DNA of 63,575 bases, filler included. It is 4 parts of 4 records of this genome, joined end to end, with 100 filler letters (N's around TTAATTAATTAA, not from the genome) between each part and the next. Parts side by side here need not be neighbours in the genome. Positions count along the whole stretch, not along the records: positions 49,755 to 63,575 come from DRR723986_589; 3 more parts are not named here. One strand, written 5' to 3'. Made by a program: the position numbers and the translations under genes. Below the pieces are notes generated by a model. The model searched no databases and was not told where the DNA came from. It saw nothing but the letters and a program-made list of their open reading frames with translations. Shown here piece after piece: positions 58,435 through 63,575 of the stretch; position 1 is the first letter of the stretch; every line of letters starts with the position of its first letter.

Positions 58435-60491
58435 TAGTCACCTCGCTTTGTTCGTGTCTCAACGGATGGGTCAGCGATTGCTCGCCAAACTGGCGCGGGC
58501 GGAACCGACTGCTGCGCAACCGCATCTGCAAAAAGGGAAATCGCACCGACGAGATGCTCCATAGCAGACTCGCGAGCTGCCAGCTCGTCGCCGGACAGAT
58601 CCGTTTCGCGCCCATAGGCTCCATCCATATAATGGTCCATATCTTCATAGATAAGGCCATAGGTTTCAGGAACCAGCGACGCCTCATAGCTCGCAAGATG
58701 CGCGCGCCAGTCGTCGATGAACCCTGGCAGAATATCAGTCGTGCCAGTCGTCACGAGCATTGGCGTTTCAATCGCGCGCCATCCGGCGCTGGAGATCGAG
58801 CCTGGAACCGGCCCCGGCGGAGAAATCGCGACAATGCCGGCTGGCCGCGGCAGCCCGCTCAATGCAGGAGCGTCCGAAGCTTCGTCCAGCTCGGCGCCGC
58901 CGGCCAGCTGGGCAATGAGACCGCCATAGGAATGTCCGATTGCAATGACCGTGTCAGCAGTGAATGCATTCGCGATCAGCTCATAGTCCTCAATCCGCTT
59001 TCCCATGGAGTCGGCTTGTCCATAGGCCGAGCGGTCCGGATGTTCTTCGGAGTCCACATGATTGGGCGCAACCACCCTGAACCCTCTCTTCGCCAAGTGC
59101 AGTAGTAGGCTGTCATACCGGTCATAGGTCGAAAATGCGCCATGCGAGAAGATCATCAGCGGGCAATTGGAACAGCCTTTCGGTTCGATGACCCGCAGCG
59201 GAACGACGCGCCCATCAGGTGCAGATAGAGATGTGATCTCGTCGCTGAGCGCGTAAGGCTGCGGTGTCAGCCTCACCTGTTCGGCGGGCGGCAAGCCGCC
59301 AAGAATGATATTCGGCAGGCGCGCATTGTCCCATTCGAGGCCTTCATCCGGCCTCACACCCGTTCGCAGGATCACAAGCTCTGCCGACGGAATGATATAG
59401 CCGACCTGGTGCCCATTGCCGTCGAACAGGAAGAGGTCGCCGGCGGCATGAGGTTCGCTGTGATAGTTACGGCCATAGGGTTGGTCGGGGTTCATCGCAC
59501 CGCGCCGCTCGATATAATCACCAGCAACATAAACCCCCATGCCTGCGTGCGGATTCTGGGGCGTGGCGCTTTTCATGTCATCGACATAACCCTCTGGCAG
59601 AAGGCGTTTACCTTCCCAGACACCATCCTCAAGCAGAAGGATTGCGAGCCGCAGAAACGTCTCTGGCGGCAGCATGATGCAGCAGCCTGAATGCGCCGTT
59701 CCGCCCTCCCGGTTCATCCAGACCTCGCCGCCGCGTGCGTCAAGCGGTTTCAAGACTTCGCGTGAGACCCAGTCCTCATACTGAACGCCGGTGGCCCGCT
59801 CGATCACCGGCGCGATAATTTCGGAACTGGCATTGGCATAATCGTAGCGCGTCCCTGGCTCGTTCACGAGCGGATAGTCACTGATTATCAGTTCGTCGTG
59901 GCGCGGATGCAGATAGGTCAGATTCAGGATATCATCCGGCTCAGATGGAAAGCCCTGCGCCAAGAGACCCGACCTCATGTCGAGCAGATGCCTCACAGTA
60001 ATCTCGCTCCGGTCATCTCCGGCCCATTCAGGGATGAAATCGGCGGCTGGTTGATCGAGGGACTGGATGTGGCCCAATGCCAGCGCACGGCCGACAGCCA
60101 CTGTTGCCAGAGGCTTGGCCAGTGAACGTGATATGATGGGAACGTCGCGGCCGTAGTCATCAAAATACGTTTCTGAGACGAGTTCGCCTTTGTGCCAGAT
60201 AAGCAGAGCAGACGAATTCATCTCGCCGGCATAAGCGATCGCTGCATCAATCGCACCGGGGTCGATCGTGGAAGTCCCGGAATGCGGAAGTTCGCCCGGT
60301 TCATCGGCCCCCGGGACAGCTGCAAGCGGCGCGTATTCGCTGAGGCCTACAGAACCGTCTTCGAAGAAATCCTGATAACGCGCCAGATAAAGCGGATCGT
60401 CCTCGGGCGCGATTTGAACAGGCGCCGACTGACAGGCCGCAATCGCGCCCGCGAATAGCACCACGAGGGAAACAGAACACCGCAAAGTCAT
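58434..60491 (-). CDS. Lipoprotein fusion: beta-lactamase-family serine hydrolase plus C-terminal alpha/beta hydrolase
   Basis: Lipobox AIAA-C after ATG 60491 (GGAG RBS). Serine-hydrolase motifs SLAK, LLDMRSG, YDYAN. Alpha/beta hydrolase motifs FSHG, GHSYG, TGTTD, DH. TAATG overlap with methyltransferase 2. Confidence 0.82.
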   Translation of the reverse strand: MTLRCSVSLVVLFAGAIAACQSAPVQIAPEDDPLYLARYQDFFEDGSVGLSEYAPLAAVPGADEPGELPHSGTSTIDPGAIDAAIAYAGEMNSSALLIWHKGELVSETYFDDYGRDVPIISRSLAKPLATVAVGRALALGHIQSLDQPAADFIPEWAGDDRSEITVRHLLDMRSGLLAQGFPSEPDDILNLTYLHPRHDELIISDYPLVNEPGTRYDYANASSEIIAPVIERATGVQYEDWVSREVLKPLDARGGEVWMNREGGTAHSGCCIMLPPETFLRLAILLLEDGVWEGKRLLPEGYVDDMKSATPQNPHAGMGVYVAGDYIERRGAMNPDQPYGRNYHSEPHAAGDLFLFDGNGHQVGYIIPSAELVILRTGVRPDEGLEWDNARLPNIILGGLPPAEQVRLTPQPYALSDEITSLSAPDGRVVPLRVIEPKGCSNCPLMIFSHGAFSTYDRYDSLLLHLAKRGFRVVAPNHVDSEEHPDRSAYGQADSMGKRIEDYELIANAFTADTVIAIGHSYGGLIAQLAGGAELDEASDAPALSGLPRPAGIVAISPPGPVPGSISSAGWRAIETPMLVTTGTTDILPGFIDDWRAHLASYEASLVPETYGLIYEDMDHYMDGAYGRETDLSGDELAARESAMEHLVGAISLFADAVAQQSVPPAPVWRAIADPSVETRTKRGD

Positions 60492-60625
60492 GCTCCCTTT
60501 CTTATTTCGTGCGCTGGCCCGCAACAGCACTAGTCCGCAATTATTCTCTTGGCGGATACAAAGAGGCGACATGCGACAGCGGCTAAACTCCTGTGCTAGC
60601 CGATGCGAAACCTTCTGAGGATGAC

Positions 60626-61828
60626 ATGATGACATTACGCAGAACTGTCTTTTCGGCGCTTCTTGCATGGGCGATCGCGACTGGATGCACGTCTGCTCCG
60701 GTTGAGGAACGCGCCGCTTCTGTACAAGAAAGTAAAGAAGCGGCCCCGGCCATACCTTCGATGCCAAGCTATGCGACGGCTCTCGAGCGCGCCATTCCGC
60801 GCGGCACGGTCGCCGGAGCAGAAAAGGTGCGCGATCTTGGCCCGCCGCAGACGCAGGAGGCACTTTCCGCAGCCTCCCAATATGCACGCGACATGGATAG
60901 CTATGCCTTCATCGTCTGGCAGGGCGGACGTCTGATCCATGAAGAATACTTCGCGCCGTATGACGAGAATCTCCGCCCGGAAAGCGCGTCCATGCACAAG
61001 TCTGTCCTCGCGCTTGTCGTTGGCGCCGCCATACAGTCGGGCGCGATCTCCAGCGTCGATGATCCGGTCGAGATGTATATTCCCGAATGGGAAGGAACCC
61101 CGCGCGGCGAGGTCACGATCCGGAATTTGCTGCAGATGAATAGCGGCCTGGAAAAACTCAGCTGGGACGGCGGTCTTGAGTCTGAAGCGGCGCGGTTCAA
61201 TCTCCAGGGCGAGACTGCGCGTCCGACTTTGCTGGCACTGCCGCTTCAGGACGAGCCGGGCAAGTCATTCTATTACGCAAATACGCAAAGTCAGCTTCTC
61301 GGGCTGATTGTCGAACGGGCGATGGGTCAGGCCTATGAAGACGTTCTTTCAACCAACATCTGGCAGCCAATCGGCGCCGATACAGCTTATGTCTGGTACA
61401 ATGAACCGACGGGTTTTCCCCGGACCTATTCCAGCCTGCTTGCAAAGGCCGAAGACTGGGTGAAAATCGGCCTGCTGATCAAGGATGGCGGCCGGGCGAA
61501 CGGCCAGCAGGTGCTGGCGGAAGACTATATCGAGGCCATGATCGCGCCCTCGCCGACAAATCCAAACTATGGATTTCAAGTGTGGCTCGGCAACGAATAT
61601 CAACCGGCCCGCTTCTACAACGACCTCAACCTTGGTGAATCGGTGCCTGTTCGGGAGCCGTACCTGGTAGACGATATGGTATTTTTTGACGGCTTCGGCG
61701 GCCAGAGGGTCTACATAAGCCGCAGCCTCGACCTGGTTATTTTCCGGTCCGGTGAAATGCGCGTCGACTGGGACGACTCCGTCCTGCCAAATCTGGTGAT
61801 TGAAGGTCTGGAGCTTATCGAAAAATGA
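60626..61828 (+). CDS. Beta-lactamase-family serine hydrolase lipoprotein
   Basis: Lipobox IATG-C; SMHK, LLQMNSG, FYYAN, DGFGGQ. Confidence 0.87.
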   Translation: MMTLRRTVFSALLAWAIATGCTSAPVEERAASVQESKEAAPAIPSMPSYATALERAIPRGTVAGAEKVRDLGPPQTQEALSAASQYARDMDSYAFIVWQGGRLIHEEYFAPYDENLRPESASMHKSVLALVVGAAIQSGAISSVDDPVEMYIPEWEGTPRGEVTIRNLLQMNSGLEKLSWDGGLESEAARFNLQGETARPTLLALPLQDEPGKSFYYANTQSQLLGLIVERAMGQAYEDVLSTNIWQPIGADTAYVWYNEPTGFPRTYSSLLAKAEDWVKIGLLIKDGGRANGQQVLAEDYIEAMIAPSPTNPNYGFQVWLGNEYQPARFYNDLNLGESVPVREPYLVDDMVFFDGFGGQRVYISRSLDLVIFRSGEMRVDWDDSVLPNLVIEGLELIEK

Positions 61829-63575
61829 CACTCAGCCATCTGAAAACCATTGAGCAACGCCTGCTCTGGCTCTCGGCCTGGACGATCCATAACGCCAACA
61901 ATATCCGCCCGAAGGAAGACGGCGCGATCAAGGTCGGCGGGCATCAGGCCTCGTGCGCGTCCATGGTGCCGATCATGACGGCGCTCTATTTCCATACGCT
62001 GAGGCCGGAAGACCGGGTGGCGGTAAAGCCGCATGCCTCGCCGGTCTTTCATGCGATGCAATATCTGATGGGCAATCAGACGCGCGAGAAGCTGGAAGAC
62101 TTCCGCGGCTGGGGCGGCGCACAATCCTATCCGAGCCGCACGAAAGACGTGGACGATGTTGATTTCTCGACCGGGTCTGTGGGTCTTGGTGTGGCGGCGA
62201 CGGCGTTCAACGCGCTGGTGCAGGATTACATCGCGGCGAAGACATGGTCGAAGGACATCAAGCTTGGCCGTCAGGTCGCCCTCGTCGGCGATGCCGAGCT
62301 CGATGAAGGCAATGTCTATGAGTGCCTGCAGGAAGGCTGGAAGCATGATTTGCGCAACACATGGTGGGTGATCGACTATAACCGCCAGAGCCTCGACGGG
62401 GTGGTGCATGAGGGCCTCTGGGAAAAGATCGATGCCATCTTCAAGGCGTTTGGCTGGCGCACTGTGGTGCTCCGCCATGGCGTGCTGCAGCGCGAGGCCT
62501 TCGAGGAGCCGGGTGGCGAAGCGCTGAAGACCTGGATCCAGACCTGCCCGAACTCGGACTATTCCGCCCTCACCTACCAAGGCGGCAAGGCGTGGCGCAA
62601 ACGCCTGATGGACGATATCGGCGATCAGGGCGACATCTCGAAACTCCTCGACAAGCGCTCCGATGACGAGCTTGCCGCGCTGATGAACAATCTCGGCGGC
62701 CAGTGCCTAAAGACGCTGACAGATGCGTTCGATGCCATTGAGGATGACACGCCGACCGTCTTCCTCGCCTACACCATCAAGGGCTGGGGCACTCCCTTGG
62801 CTGGCCACAAGGACAATCATGGCGGCATCATGAACAATCCGCAGATGGCGGACTTCCAGAAGAAGATGGGCGTGCCGGAAGGCGAGGAATGGGACAAGTT
62901 CGCGACGGTCGATGACGCCGAAGCGCTGCAGGCCTTCCTCGATGAGGTCGCCTTCTTCAAGGACGGCACCCGCCGCTACACCGCGCCAGAGATCAAGAGC
63001 CCGGGCCCGGTCTGGCTGGACGACCGCGAACTGGCGACGCAGGCTGGCTTCGGCAAAATCCTCGATGGGCTGGCAAAATCCAAGTCCGAGCTGGCAGACC
63101 GGATCGTCACCATGTCGCCGGATGTGACAAGCTCGACCAACCTCACCGGCTGGGTGAACCGGCGCTCGCTGTTCGCGCGTCGTGAGGTCTCCGACACCTT
63201 CAAGGAAAACTCGATCCCGTCCGCCCAGAAGTGGGAGTTCTCGCCCGAGGGCCAGCATCTGGAGCTCGGCATTGCCGAGATGAACCTCATGCTGCTCCTC
63301 GGACAGGCGGGCCTTGCCCATTCGCTGTTCGGCGAGCGGCTGCTGCCGATCGGCACGGTGTACGACCCGTTCATCGCGCGCGGCCTCGATGCCCTGAACT
63401 ATGCCTGCTATCAGGATGCGCGCTTCATCATTGTCGGCACGCCGTCCGGCATCACGCTCGCCCCGGAAGGCGGCGCCCACCAGTCTGTCGGCACGCAGCT
63501 CATCGGCATGAGCCAGGACGGGCTTGTCAGCTTCGAGCCCGCCTTCCTCGACGAGCTCTCCATCATCATGGACTG
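61825..63575 (+). CDS. ThDP-dependent AceE-like (pyruvate dehydrogenase E1 / transketolase-like) enzyme, 3'-truncated
   Basis: ATGA overlap. KVGGHQASCAS, KPHASP, QSYPSR, FSTGSVGLG, GDAELDEG...DYNRQSLD, LELGIAEMN. Open to the window end, so absent from the ORF track. Confidence 0.9.
   Translation, partial: MTLSHLKTIEQRLLWLSAWTIHNANNIRPKEDGAIKVGGHQASCASMVPIMTALYFHTLRPEDRVAVKPHASPVFHAMQYLMGNQTREKLEDFRGWGGAQSYPSRTKDVDDVDFSTGSVGLGVAATAFNALVQDYIAAKTWSKDIKLGRQVALVGDAELDEGNVYECLQEGWKHDLRNTWWVIDYNRQSLDGVVHEGLWEKIDAIFKAFGWRTVVLRHGVLQREAFEEPGGEALKTWIQTCPNSDYSALTYQGGKAWRKRLMDDIGDQGDISKLLDKRSDDELAALMNNLGGQCLKTLTDAFDAIEDDTPTVFLAYTIKGWGTPLAGHKDNHGGIMNNPQMADFQKKMGVPEGEEWDKFATVDDAEALQAFLDEVAFFKDGTRRYTAPEIKSPGPVWLDDRELATQAGFGKILDGLAKSKSELADRIVTMSPDVTSSTNLTGWVNRRSLFARREVSDTFKENSIPSAQKWEFSPEGQHLELGIAEMNLMLLLGQAGLAHSLFGERLLPIGTVYDPFIARGLDALNYACYQDARFIIVGTPSGITLAPEGGAHQSVGTQLIGMSQDGLVSFEPAFLDELSIIMD

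Noticed and set aside
60492-60887. N-terminal extension of the 817-aa ORF
   Set aside because: It overlaps the divergent hydrolase gene; the RBS and lipobox place the start at 60491.
61711-63480. Minus-strand ORFs of 289 and 257 aa
   Set aside because: Shadows of the plus-strand AceE-like gene.
1-63575. CRISPR arrays, tRNA, rRNA, prophage or known defence genes
   Set aside because: None recognised by eye in any of the four contigs.

Overview
The window is not one locus. It is four unrelated contigs joined by 100-bp artificial spacers (N44-TTAATTAATTAA-N44) at 23641-23740, 33897-33996 and 49655-49754. Contig A (1-23640, probably FCB group, Kapabacteria/Ignavibacteria-like) carries a DUF4097 gene, rsmB, an outer-membrane beta-barrel, a PorE-like PD40/double-OmpA protein, and a tandem array of five ~910-940 aa paralogues (IgGFc-binding-like region, Ig/ASH stalk, T9SS C-terminal domain), followed by a decayed IS5. 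Contig B (23741-33896, Marinobacter-like) carries tmk (3' end), an AraC regulator, putP, an inserted putative toxin/lipoprotein-immunity pair, acnB, miaE, finR-fpr and the 3' end of a Crp regulator. Contig C (33997-49654, Roseobacter-like) carries a SnoaL protein, chrA, sspB, fumC-DUF4169-RHH, tag, a methyltransferase, cckA, an RsmB/NOP gene, a CDF transporter, a GcvT-family oxidoreductase and a split-MetH pterin-binding protein. Contig D (49755-63575, alphaproteobacterial, possibly Hyphomonadaceae) is an apparently uncharacterised catabolic island. It holds two copies of a methyltransferase plus small-partner module, a PAP/fibrillin protein, an MFS transporter, an FAD oxidoreductase, a PuuE-like amidohydrolase, an ICL/PEP-mutase-family lyase, two divergent serine-hydrolase lipoproteins (one fused to an alpha/beta hydrolase) and an AceE-like ThDP enzyme. 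The best leads are the contig D island (hypothesis: catabolism of phototroph pigments or tetrapyrroles), the five-gene T9SS cargo array and the orphan toxin-immunity pair. All family and taxon calls come from motif recognition by eye; no database searches were run.
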